In this document: in pieces, positions 37,266 through 49,720 of the stretch | Position numbering within the stretch: the stretch's first letter is position 1 | Layout: each line of letters opens with the position of its first letter | Made by a program: the position numbers and the translations under genes | Origin: Azolla caroliniana | Lineage: Eukaryota; Plantae; Polypodiophyta | Assembly (NCBI GenBank): GCA_043228905.1 | Contig: JBHGNT010000010.1 | Location: 13,950,001 to 14,014,000, forward strand | Length of the DNA: 64,000 nt | Direction: 5' to 3' | Notes under the pieces: generated by a model | What the model was told of the DNA's origin: nothing | What the model saw: only the letters and a program-made list of their open reading frames with translations | Databases searched by the model: none

Positions 37266-37723
37266 ACTGTGACGATTCTGTAGAAAGAGAGCTCAAGAAA
37301 AGGGCAATCGAGAGCAAAGAACCCGTTGCAGAAGTGAAGATGAGATCTCACGAGGTGTTGTCTGGACTACCCAAAGAGTCGACAACAACTCTTCTGTCTA
37401 TTTGTAACAAGTTTATTTGTTCTGTGTTTTTTGCTTTCTTCTTGTTGTTCATTTCGTCCGTTAGGGTGAATATTGTAACCAAGGTTGTAGCCTTTAAATA
37501 TGTGTGTATTCCTCTAAAATGTTAGCTCTAGAGGTTGTCAACACCTTGTATACTCAGAAAATAGTGAATCTGTTTCGGAACCTAAGGTTCCCGTGGTTTT
37601 CCCCATTTTTGGGTTTTCTACGTTAAATTTAGGTGTACTCTCATTTTTGTCTTGTGGTTTCGTCTATTTGGAAACTTGTGTTGGTAGTGTAAATCATCCC
37701 GATTCGGATCCATATTCCTAACA
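33029..37723 (+). mobile_element. Decayed Ty1/Copia element E, 5'-truncated; 3' LTR 36874-37723
   Basis: Gag SLPDSWETL and CRYCGGPNHYERDC, GAG-pre-integrase LWHKRLGH, RT and RNase H YCDNQS..KHIDVRYH. The integrase core is deleted near 34333. PPT GGAGGGGGAG; the LTR has TG..CA ends with (TA)n and (GA)n runs. Confidence 0.9.
35255..35824 (+). mobile_element. Copia solo LTR (G) inserted in the RT of E
   Basis: 570 bp with TG...CA ends and TSD CTGAG at 35250-35254 and 35825-35829. Same family as the LTR at 60975-61523. Confidence 0.95.
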
Positions 37724-38214
37724 GAATCAACCCATCATTTTGACGACCGACTCTATGGCCTAGTCTAGGTCACTCGTGTTCTCTCTCTCACAAAATTGGT
37801 CCATGGCCACCGCCATCATATTGGCGAGATCTTTGCCTAGCATCTTTACCTCTCCCTTGTCGCTCTTTCATGTAGGGTTCACCAAATATGTGATGTTATT
37901 CCAACAGAACCATAGGGATGTTGGACAAGGGAGGATGTGAATGAAGGTGGACTTGAACATTAAGGGGATTCCAACATTCGAAGGACTAGAACGCTCACAT
38001 GACTGGAACATTGGCAAGGACTCAAATTTAGACAACATGAATGTTGATGAAGATGTGAATGTAGACAACAATGATCGAAAAGCGATAGTGATCACATGGT
38101 TAAGGGTTTAATGCATGAGATTAGCACGTGATTAATAACATGCACCAAGATTAACATCCAAATCATGCTATTAGGCAAAATGAGTTTATTTTACAAAATG
38201 ATGAGACTCAGTCA

Positions 38215-38448
38215 GCATCACTAGTTAATGCCACGAGTGTGGTGGCTTTTACAAGGTGTAAAATAAACAAAATACAAAAATGGTAGGATGATGGCGGCCA
38301 GTTGGAGCTTTCAATTAGGGTGAGTCAAGCGGCATCACTAGTTAATGCCACAAGTGTGGTGTCTTTTACAAGGCGTAAAATAAACAAAATACAAAATGGT
38401 AGGATGATGGCGGCGAGTTGGAGCTTCCAATGAGGATGAGTCAAGTGG
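38215..38448. repeat. ~118-bp tandem duplication in unclassified sequence
   Basis: GCATCACTAGTTAATGCCAC...GTTGGAGCTT..TGAGTCAAG occurs twice. Confidence 0.85.
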
Positions 38449-38570
38449 ATCACCAAGACTGCGACTACTACCAATGGCTCGGTGCAACGATGTTGGAATA
38501 GTGTCTTTGGGCCACTCTATACTCCCTTCAAATGACTAGTAAGTGAGCTAGCCAAATATGGTCACGAAGT

Positions 38571-38965
38571 CGTCCACGCATAACGAGCTCGGTAGTGATG
38601 AAAACTGCAAAGACCTCCGAGGTAGAGGAGGAAGTCAAGAAGAGGAAATGAAGGAGAAAAATGTACCTTCGTGCCAAATCCCAATATCGAGCTCCAAAAT
38701 ATACAAAGACCAACTTTGAGAAGAAAAGCTCCCCCGTTTTCCCAAACCAACTTTGAATGTAAAAAAAAATGAAGAATAAAGCAAAATCGAAAGACAAAAC
38801 GTCATCCACGCATAACGAGCTCAGCGGCGATGAAGACCATCAAGACCTCCTAAGTTGAAGAGGAGGTTGAGAAGAAGTGAAGGAAAAAAATATACCTTGT
38901 GCAAAATCTCGATATCAAGCTCCAACATATTCAAAGACGAACATTGAGAAGAAAAGCTCCTCCTC
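38571..38965. repeat. Diverged ~230-bp-period duplication
   Basis: TCCACGCATAACGAGCTC...GAGAAGAAAAGCTCC occurs near 38573 and 38805. Confidence 0.7.
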
Positions 38966-39349
38966 CTCCCCAAGCTAACTCTGAAAGCAAAATAAATGAA
39001 AAACAAATAAAAATCGAAGAACCCCTAAATGAGTCCCCTTCCCCTACTTTTATAGGGAGAGAGGCACCTCATTTTGTGTTAAATTCAAATAATCCCACTA
39101 TGTACTAAAAAATAGAAAATAGAGATTAACTTATTAACTTGCTTTGAAAGAGATTTAAACTATAGAGCCTAGCCTCTCTATATAGTCAATGGCCCTAACC
39201 ACCAGACTATTTACTTATTATATTATATTATTATTTTTAATATATATTTACATATTTGTGGCTCCCAAATTCTTCCATTACACATTTACACTCTAACATA
39301 ATGTTGCTCGTTATTCCTTTTATTGGAGCAATTGTTCCCATATCAATGT

Positions 39350-39815
39350 TGTAAAAGTTTAAGTGTGGAAGCTTACCCAAGTAGTAAGTTCAGTCGAGAA
39401 ACAATCAACAGTTAGGTAAACACAGAGAATGTGAGTGGAGAGCAAGTACACAATGAGAGAGACGTTGAGTTGTGTAGATAGAACAACTTTTAAGTCAAAA
39501 CAATAATACCCAATACATACAAATGTGCTCACAGAGCACTTTATATACAAGCCCCTGACAGTGGGTTAACACAAGTACTAACAAGTACTTTAATGCTCAC
39601 TATGAGCTTTGACATTAATTTTCCTAGTATAATATTCTTATTACTAAAATAGGAATATAGGCCCTAACTGCCTTTCGACTTCCATAGCCTATCGGCTTCT
39701 TCAGATGACTCTCCTCAACCAATCTGGCTTTCAACTTCTTCAACTGACTCGGCCTTTCGGTCTTCAGCCGATACGGCTCATGTTGAGCTTGTCACTCAAC
39801 ACTCCCCCTCAAGAT
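39350..39815 (-). mobile_element. Copia-type 3' LTR (39350-39801) plus PPT, related to element J
   Basis: TG...CA ends followed by CTCCCCCTCAAGATCAACTTGAGG, nearly identical to the PPT region of J at 42186. The terminal sequence resembles the J LTR. Confidence 0.75.
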
Positions 39816-40149
39816 CAACTTGAGGTTCCTCTCATCCGCTTCAATCGATCCTTCACTCCGACTCCTCTTGCCAGCTTGCCTCCGATTTTACTCGGTCATT
39901 GTATAGGTATCTTTATTGTATGTTGCAGTAATCGAACACATACTTGTGGGTCAATCTCTATGTCTGTCTTATTTTCGATCTATCTTTACTTGCTTATGTT
40001 CAATCTATAAGGTGTATGTACCAATCGGTTGTAGCCGATTGTCGAAGTGTCAATCTAAATCGGTCGTAACCATCTGACCCCTACTCGGGCTCCTAAGTCC
40101 CTTTGCGCCACGATTATTCCAAAGAAGTAATTGACGGTGTTCTCTAGGA

Positions 40150-41717
40150 AGAAGAAACACAATTTGGCACACCCGATTCACCTTGTGAGGCCACAACGAA
40201 CAACACCATGATTGGTACTGATAGTGGCACGTATTCTAGGGTTTCCGGCAGTAATCGTGGCGATTGGTGTTCGGTGGCCTCCGTCGATCGTCGTCCGGGT
40301 TGTCATCTCATGGGCAAGGGTTGTGAAGTTGTCGGTCGCCCCATAGTCCCGTGGTTTGACTTGTCCACCTCTATTGTGTATAGAATGCCGATCATCGTAA
40401 TCGGTTCTATATTTGTTGTCATACCGATCACTTCGGCCATAGTCGTCTTCTTGACGGTCCTCCTCATCCCAGTACCGGTTGTCTTGTCACGGTCGCTCAT
40501 TATAGCGGGGAAATTCCACGTTCCTGTATCACTCCCTTGTCTTAGCGGACTCGATCATTTGACTGCCGTTGTGGTTCGATTCGCTGAACCGGCGCTGTGG
40601 GTCAATGTAGGAGGTTATACTCATATTGTCCCACTGTATGCGCCCGAGAGTGGTGTATTGGGCAGTGCGCCCATGTTGTTGTCGACGACCGAGTGCCCTG
40701 TGTTGAGGCAGATGGTGCATTGGATAGCCTACCGGAATCTGAGTTCGCCGTCTGTTGGCAGGGCTTGCTATAAGGAAGTCATCTACATGCTTCCGCTTGT
40801 TTCTTCAGTGTCGAATCAAAGTACTCGGTCTATCACGTTGTCGACTGTCTGGCCCGTGATGTCTAGCATCCGGAGAGTCATTCGCATTGGCTCACGCAAG
40901 GTGGCTAGAAAAGTTTCTTTAGCCTCATCTTCAGTGGACAATTGCGTTAACTGGCTCCAGAGATTCTAGAAGTGGATCACATAGTTGGACATGGGTTCAT
41001 GGCCATACTGCCGAATCGAGTAGCATTGACTAAGGATTTCATGTTGTGGCATGTGGCGATGGAACAGGCGAAGGAACGTCGTTCGTAATTGCTCGAAGGT
41101 TGTCATCATGGCCAAGTCAACCTGCAAATGTGAACTTTCTGTCCTACCGTCTAGAGTGAGCCCGAACTTTGCGATTTTGGACGCGTTAGCGTCAGCTTCC
41201 GCCAGTCATTGAGACACGTGATTGGCTTGCCACGTGTTGAGGAATGACCTTACATGTGCCTCTACATCAGGTTCACCATTGTGGCAGGATACAAAAATGT
41301 CATGGTGTCGGAGTTGTAAAGGCTGATGATATTGTCATAGTGATCCGTCGTAAGTGGTGTGTGATTACCATTGTGGTTGGCCTCGAAACCACTTGCGCTT
41401 GTGGTTTTGATGTCTGGTTGAACTCCGGACATGATCTCTTGTCCTACGGAGCTATGTTCAGTGGGTGTGGACTCGACCGTGCTTTTGTCAAGATCTGGTA
41501 AGAGAACATCTAGTCGCGACTTTTCCAAAGCGACCTCCGCCGCACGTCGGGATTCCGCCTGCATCTGAGGTTTACCATGTCACATTGTCTCCTTACGGCC
41601 TCATCGACTAGATGGCATCCATTCCCCGATGTTCTTCTGTGTGCTCATAGATCAACCAAACTTGCCAAAAGTGTTATCGGATTGGATAACACAATGTCGA
41701 ATATCTGGTCCTTTGTT
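40150..41717 (-). mobile_element. Decayed Gypsy-type gag fragment (M) homologous to the gag of element K
   Basis: The minus strand at ~41280-40950 reads DVEAHVRSFLNTWQANHVSQ*L...SKIAKFGLTLDG...TFEQLRTTFLRLFHR, matching K's DAEAYVRDFLTTWEINH...SKIAKFVLSLDG...TFEQLNTKFLQLFHR. Confidence 0.75.
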
Positions 41718-44700
41718 GTAAAAGTTATGTGCAGAAGCTATGTGTGAAAGTTAGCATGCGGAAGCTTGACAAAACTAGTTTAGTTGGGCAACAACAGAGA
41801 ATAGAAAACACAGGTTCAATGGAAGCTTGAGAATATTTAGCATATACAGGAGAGACCGAGAGAGATCAGAACATAAAACTCTATTCTAAAATAATAATCC
41901 TCAGTGTCACTCTATATAACGTGCTAAACATCACTATTTATACAAGTCCTCAAAAGGACTGACAGAAGTACTGAAAGGTACTTCAATGCTCATAGGAGCA
42001 ACTGTCACTGACTCCCAAAAGTATACCTACGTACTAGGCTGGATCCATAGGCCTCTAACGGCCTACCGGTTTCAATCTGATCCGGCTCCTGGTTCCGGAC
42101 ACCGATCCTATTCTCTGTTCCAGATACCGATCCGGCTCTGGTTTATTCAGCCGATCCGGATCCGGTTGAGCTTGCTCGCTCCACACTCCCCCTCAAGCTC
42201 AACTTGAGGTTGGATCGTGGTGTAAATGTCTGCAATAGCCAGTCCTTTCCTCTGGCTCCTTTTGACATCCTCCCACCTTGCTCGTGCTCCTCGTCCGGTT
42301 CTGTGCACCTCGTCCTGCTTGGTCGGCTTGTATGCTCAACAGACCCATCTCAGCTCCTTCGCTGCTATGACTCTGGTGCTTGTCGACCCATCGCTTACTT
42401 CGTGTCGGTGTCGACTTCGACAGCCTTCTCGTCTGCTTGGCCTTTAGTTGATCCGGCTCTTCTGAATCCAACTATTGAACCGAATCGGCTTCCTCCGATT
42501 CGTTCCACCTCTTGTTTGAGTTGGTAGTTTCCAACTCGTCTTCCGTTTTTAGGCCCTTCACCAAATCCGGGTCTTGGCCTTCTTTCGGTCGGCTCTATCC
42601 TTCTTGACTCTGCGACCGGTACCGCTTGATCCGACTTGTTTGGATGTGCCAACTCCTTCGGTCAGCTTGGCTTCGTTTATCTGGTCATCTCTCCCCTTGG
42701 TTCTCTCTTCCTCTCTGGCTCCTTGTTTGGTGCCATCCGTTCCCGTTTCTGTTTTCCCCCTCAAGTGCGGCACATCGAGATGTTGAATGCCGAGCATCTC
42801 CGAAAAATGTTGCAACTTGTCTGATCTGAGCAGCTTGGTGAAGATGTCGGCAACCTGCCGCTCCATGTGAACATACTGAAGTTCAACTTCACCGCTCAAG
42901 ACCCGCTCACGAACAAAGTGATAATGCACTTCTATGTGCTTTGTCTAAGCATGGAATATAGGGTTCTTGGCGAGTTGTATGCTTCTTATGTTGTCACAAT
43001 AAATCAAGATCGAGGTCGGCACCTCAATCTGGAGGTCTCGTAGCAGTCGCCGAAGCTAGATGGCTTCACAGGTGGCAATGGTAGCGCCCCGATACTTAGC
43101 GTTAGTGCTCGACAGAGCCACTATTGGCTGCTTTTTGCTGCTCCATGCAACAACCGTGCTACCAAGAGAAAACATGTAACCGGAGGTGGATCGGCAATCT
43201 AATGCATCACCAGCCCAGTCGGCATCGGTATACCCGACCAGCTTCCCAACTATACAGTGTCGGTATGACAGTCCCCGGTCCTTCGGTTGCTCACATATCG
43301 CAATAGTCGATGCGCGCACTAAAGGTGCTCCACGATTGGCTTTTGCATAAACTAGCTGATCACCTCGACTGGATAACTGATGTCGAGTCGGGTGAACGTC
43401 AAGTATATAAGGCTTCCGACAATTTTTCGGAACCATTTCTCATCGCAGGCCAGGCCGGGTCGGAGGGATGTAGCTTCAAGTTCCGGTCCAGGGATGTGGA
43501 GATCGGTCGACATTCCGTCATGCCGAACTTGTACAATATATTCAACACATAGTGTCTTTATGAGAGCAATATGCCATCGGGGGTCCGGATCACCTCAATG
43601 CCAAGAAAATAATGAAGGTCCCCCATGTTCTTCATTTCAAATGCGTCCAACAACTGGGACTTCACTCTGCCGATTTCATCTAGTCCAGGTCCGGTGATGA
43701 CTAAATCATCAACATATAGCAGGATACAAACCAGACTGTTCGGACCTTTCTGGATGAACAGTGAAGAGTCGGACTTTGAGGCTGCAAACCCCATCTTACA
43801 CAACCGGGTGTGTGATCTTCGCTTTCCAAGATCGGGGGCTTGCTTTAGACCATAAAGCGACTTCTTGAGTCGGCATACTGCCAACTTGTTCATCTCCCTA
43901 AACCCTAAACCGGGAGGTTTGATCATATAGACCCGTTCTTCAAGGTCACCTTGAAGAAACACATTCTTCACGTTCATTTGGTGAAGATGACATCCCCTTG
44001 CCGTAGCAACAACCTGTACCACATGAACCGTCGTCATCTTCGCTACCGGAGCGAAGGTCTCGTCGTAGTAAATTCCATGGGTCCGTGCGTAGCCCATTGC
44101 CACTAATCGGGCCTTGTACAGGTTGACTGAACTGTCGGCATTGTACTTCACGTTATATACCCATTTGCAACCGATCGGTTTACACTGTCGAGGAGGGTCA
44201 ACCAGGTCCCATGTGTCGTTGGCATCAAGTGCCCGCATTTCTTCCTCCATAGAAGCACGCCAATTTGCGTCTTTTGCTGCTTCTACGTAGCTCTCCGGTT
44301 CAAGCACTTCCGCCACCTTAGTCATGTACACATAGTGATGCGTCATGTACTCATTGTATCCATACCTCTAGACGGGGTTCTTTTGGCGGATTGAGCGGCG
44401 TAACTTTTCGTTAGCTGGTTTGAGGTCCTTCTTGGCCGGTTCAGACTTCCTTTCTGAAGATCCACCTTCTTCCTTTCCGGGGTCAGATTCGTTCCGATCC
44501 GACCCTTCACTACTAGTATCATATTTTGGCATCTTCTTCTTCCACTTCTCTTTGCACGTGAACCGTCTCCTCGGTTCCTTGCGCGGGGAGAGCATGGCAG
44601 AGTCTCCACTACTCGCCAACTCTTCATCCGAGTTGTCATCCCGACTTGGCCGCTCATTCAGTGCACTTAGCCGGAATGAGATTGGACTCTCATCTAGAGT

Positions 44701-46499
44701 ATCGAATCCTTCATCTTCTTCTTGAACCTCTTCGAGTTCACTAGCCTCATCCTTCGGAATTGGTTCTTTGCCGGGAGTTGGAGTCAGTAGGGAGTACCAT
44801 GATGCCGACTCATCAAACTCAAAATCTTGACTTACTCGTACTTGTTTAGTCTGGGGGTTATAACACTTATACCCCTTTTGTTCATGCGAGTAGTTGACGA
44901 GTATGCACTTCTCTGATCTCGGATCCTGCTTCCTCCGCTTCTCATCCGGTACCAACACATATGCTATGCTACCGAATATCCGAAGGTGTCTCAAATTTTG
45001 CTTCCGCCCAAAATCAACTCATGTGCTGACACCTCGTTCCCGATCCCATTTTGGATGTAGACGGCCTCCATACTGCCTCAGCCCAGTAGAATTTGGGCAT
45101 GCTCTTCTCCTCCAACATTGCGCTTGCCGTGTCGACAATCGATCAGTTCTTTCTTTCGGCCACACCGTTTTGTTCCGGTGTATATCCGCAGCTGAATTCT
45201 CTCTGAATTCCTTTTTGCTGCAGATGACTATTGAACTGGCCGAAAAAGTATTCTTTTCCACCATCTGACCGCAGTCACTTTATCTTCCTCTCCGTTTTGC
45301 TTTCGACTATGCTTTGAAGGTTCTGAAAACAGTCGAAGACTTCTCTTTTCTTCTCGATGAGGTAGATCCACGTGTGCTGGCTGTAGTTGTCGATGAAGGA
45401 GATGAAATATCGACTCCCACCAAGACTAACATTTTGTGCCAGTCCCCATACATCCGAATGGATTAGATTGAGCTTGTTACGGCTCCAGTTTCGTTCGGTG
45501 GGGAATGGAAGCCGGTGTTGCTTCCCAAGTTGGCAGGCTTCACATATTTGGGCCTTCCGGCCAATCCGAACACAACTTGTTTCGATTGCAGATCTTGAAG
45601 CCTCTAAGAGTTGAGGTGGCCAATCCGCTTATGCCAGAGATCGATGTCCAATTCAATCTTCTGTCCTTTGGAAAACATGGCGGTGACGACGTCATTTGTG
45701 TGGAGGATGAACATTCTCCCTTCCCTGCACCCTTGCTCGATTATCCGGCCTTCTTCCTCGATGAAGCACCCAAGCTGTGTAAACCATACCTACATTCCCT
45801 GGTCGACGATTTGTCCGACTGACACCAGGTCCTTTGTGATTGTCGGAACGTGTAGTATGTTCATCAGCTTTCCTTTTTTTCCAACATGGCTTAAAGGGAC
45901 TTCTCCGACATGCACAATCGGGTGAGGGGTGCCGTCTCCGGTGTTGTTCGGTCGACAATAACTATTGTCGACACAGTATAGGATGCACGTTGCTCACCAA
46001 ACGTTCTATCAATGAATTGTGGTTTAGACGAATAGATACTAAACTGGTTGTAAACTTATCAATGTTTAGTAGGCATCGAGATCGCTATTTACGTAATAAG
46101 TTATAACAGAAAGGAAATTGATTGACAGAGTGTTTTGTACACAGAGTTTTCCTAAACTAACTTTATATTACTAAATAAAACGATGTCTCTTTACACTGCC
46201 TTCGGTTCCTTTTATAGGAAACCAGAAGGACTTCCTCATCAAGAAAACATATTGCCAAACATGGCAAGAACTACAAAATCTTTAACTAACTTATAATTTC
46301 AATTTTACTTCGGCCATATGCTGACTCATCGATCCTCTATACTGATCCGACTCCGACTCCGACTCCGAACCTTCTTCATTTCCGACTCCGACACTTCCCC
46401 ACTTGTTCGGGTAACACTTGGCATGTCCGTGGGCCAGGTCTTTGTCCGGCGAACCCCACGGCATCCTTCTATTCCTGTTGTTCCAAAGGAAGGTCCTCA

Positions 46500-48948
46500 T
46501 CTAATTCATCCTCTGCGTCATCCTGTAGAATATCAAACAATGAAGGTTCAGGTTGCTGCATGTCTTCTTCATCTTCGTCTTCGGATTCTGTAAACGTGTT
46601 TGTATCTGCGGTCGACGGTCTTGGTTTCTCTATTGTTGGCGCTTCAAGTCCTGGGGTCTGATCTCACCTTTTGGATTCAAGGTTATCTAGCTGGACAGCT
46701 GTGTCCACATCATGTTTGTCAAATTCTTGCATAATTCGATTAACTTCCTCTCGGTGACACGCTGCTATCTCATACAAGTCTTTAGCAATATCCTCCTGAA
46801 CGGTTGATATTGCTTCTTCCATCGTTTTGAAGAAACCTTGGCCATGAGCCTTCCTATTCTCTCTGTTAGCCCGTAACAATTGAAGTTCGGCTGCTTGTGC
46901 CGACCAGGTTTTCTAGCCCTTATCAATGGACTCATTCACCATTTTCAAGGTGTTAAGTTTATGGCATGGTAGTATATCTCGAATTCATTCCTCGGTTATA
47001 CTTGACTGAAACTGGGTTGCTGCCAATGTTCTTCGTAAATCATCAATTTGAGCATTATTTTTTGCTTCTGTTTGCAACAGCTTGTTTTGCGCGAGTAATA
47101 GGTCAAGTCGCCTTCCGACACAACTTCCACTTCTGAACACCTTGTTTCCAAAGTTGCCCTAGCTGCTTCCCATTCTTCCTACTGTTTATTATATTTTTCG
47201 TTTATTTCATTTAGCAAGGTGTCCTTTCCGACTATCTCTTCTGCAAAATATTCTGTTTGTACATTTACATACTCTTCAAGCTCCTCCACTTGCTCAACGT
47301 TTTGGCACGTGGCTTCTTGTTGCTGTGCTAACTTTCGGCGTAGCTGTTGAATTAATTCGTCCTTTGCATCGAGCCATTTTCCGATTTCTGTCTTTGCAAG
47401 TTGTATCCTATCCTCTAGTTTCTTGGATCGGATTTCAGTTTTTTCGGCTCTAGCTTCCGCCGCCTTGAATGCTGCTTCTACCTGTTGTAGCTTTTGTTGC
47501 CATTCTTGATCAGCCTCTAAAGGTCTGTTGGATTCCTTCTGCAACAGTTCTTCCCTTGTTTTCTGCAGTTGTTCTTCACTTTGTCGGAGTTGTTCCGTCA
47601 ACTGCAGGTTTTCGACATTCATGTTTGTACATTGTGCGTTTAGTTCTTCCGACGCCATTGATGATTTTTTGTATAAATCAGCCATATCTTTGGTTGCTCG
47701 ACTGGCCTTTTCATATTTTCGATGTACTTCCACCAAGGCCTCATGTAATGGTGGCATGTGGATAGCCTCGCCTTTATTTCTTGCACTACGTTGTCGACCG
47801 ATTCAATCCAATTCGTGTTGTTCTTCCGGTTCGACAACTCCACTTAATGACTTTTGGATCATTATCTGATCTTGGTGTTCCTGTGCCATTCTTTTTTATA
47901 CCTCTTGTAATCTTCGTGCTAACCATTCTACTAGCTCGTACGATGTGCCAAATTGTAGAATAGCTGCCAGTTCATGTGCTATTGGAGGAATGTCGGCAAA
48001 GCCTACTACTTCTCGCACTGTTGTTATTGACGATTGCCCTTTTTGAACTTTGGTCGTGTCATTAGGATTGACACGAGGTATTTGTGCAGTCTATGTGGCT
48101 TGATCGTCGATTCTTTGTTTCTTCTGTGCAGGTTCCTCTTGCCGAGGCTGAAAAAATCGTTGGCATTTTTGTTGAATCATCTTTCTTGGTCGTTGTCTCG
48201 ACTGCTCAGCTCCAACAATTGTTGATTTTTGTTGTGATTTTGACTGTAGTGGTGTAGTATTCCTAGGGTTCGATTGTTGTCCAAATTTTGGCTGCGTGGT
48301 CTGTTGTTTTTGAGGTTGTGGTGAGGCCGGTTGCTGTTCAGGTTCTGATTGAGTGGTGTCGACATGCGTCGAGTCTTCTTCCTGCCACTTTTCTCGTTGC
48401 ACTTGTCTTCGGGGTCGGGGTGCTTGTGGCCATGGCGGCCTTTGTTCTGGCGGTTGGCTTTCTGATCTCTGAGATGGAAACAATACTAACAACCACCGAG
48501 CAAATATTGGTTTCATGGGTTTCCCTTGCTGCACCCCATACAGTTGCTCTCGGAGAGCGTTTGCTGACAACAACCCCCAATCAAAAATTTCACCCTCATA
48601 TGTGGCGATTATGAATCCGGCTCGCTTCTTGGGCATACAATAAAACCTGGGACTAACAAACCCTACTTCCAACAAAAATTTTGCAACTTCATGAAAACAT
48701 TCATTTGCGCCGCCTTGCATTTGAAAAGCCTTCGTAGAGGGAGAATATTCCCCAAAATACGACCTAAGCACATCCTTGTCCATTTTCTGGACAACATTGA
48801 GACCTTCTCTTTTTAATTCCAAAACAAAACATGCCTTTTTATTGGTGATTTTGGATACGTCGATTTGCTGCAGAATTTCTGCAGCATGAAGGTGCGGTTC
48901 TGCCTTTGCAACTTTGATGAACCCTTGCAGATTTTTGTTGGCGAGCCA
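46500..48948 (-). pseudogene. Fragmented additional (env-like position) ORF of element K: globular N-terminal domain, Gln/Pro linker, long coiled coil
   Basis: Collinear ORF pieces 48822-48091, 47757-47179 and 46879-46664 lie between the integrase and the 3' LTR on the pol strand. Confidence 0.7.
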
Positions 48949-49720
48949 TTATCGCACGTTGTCAAAAACATAAATCACCATATTCTCTTCATCGACTGAT
49001 GATTCAAAGTTCTGTGTTGGAGATAAATCAAAGCAGAGTTTTAGGTTAGGGCGAGAGAGAGCAAAAGCACAAAATCTTTCAGCACGTATACGCTTCTGTT
49101 TCTGTGGTGAAACAAACTTTGCAGAAATAGGTTTTAAGGAAATAATGCGTTGCATGATGCCTAGGGAATAGAAAAGATACTATTAATGAAAAAGTTAAGA
49201 ATAGCAATAATGAGTGTTAGTTGCATGTCTCCACTAGTCCTTTAATTATAGTCTGTCAGACTAAGTCTTTTCCAAGATTTTCCTTTCGACAGTTAGTTGT
49301 TTTGGCCAAGATTTTCTATAGTTAGTTAGTTGTTTTTATTTTTATTTTTATTTTTTTATGTGTGTGACGTATGCCACCTCACTTTGCATCAGTTTTGAGT
49401 TGAAATGGGTTTCCCGGCATTGGCCCGTGATACGGTTTAAGTTGGAAACCATTTACCCATTTTGGTAAAATGTCGCATGATAATGTACCCACTTGATATG
49501 TCCCATTCTTGCTGTTGACAATCCACACTAGTCCTGTCCACCGAAATTGTAATTTTCCCGACATTGCCCCCATCTTAGTTTGGAATACTAGTACCGGTTT
49601 GCCGATTTCGAACTGTATTTCGTTCTAACGTCTGTGATGATTTACAAATGCCTTTGTTTGTCTTTGCTTGTGTTCCAAAGCTAACATGGCATGTATTATT
49701 TCTTCCTTTAACAGTAATAA

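Noticed and set aside
40208-40969. 253-aa plus-strand ORF
   Set aside because: Antisense to the decayed gag fragment; no recognisable domain.
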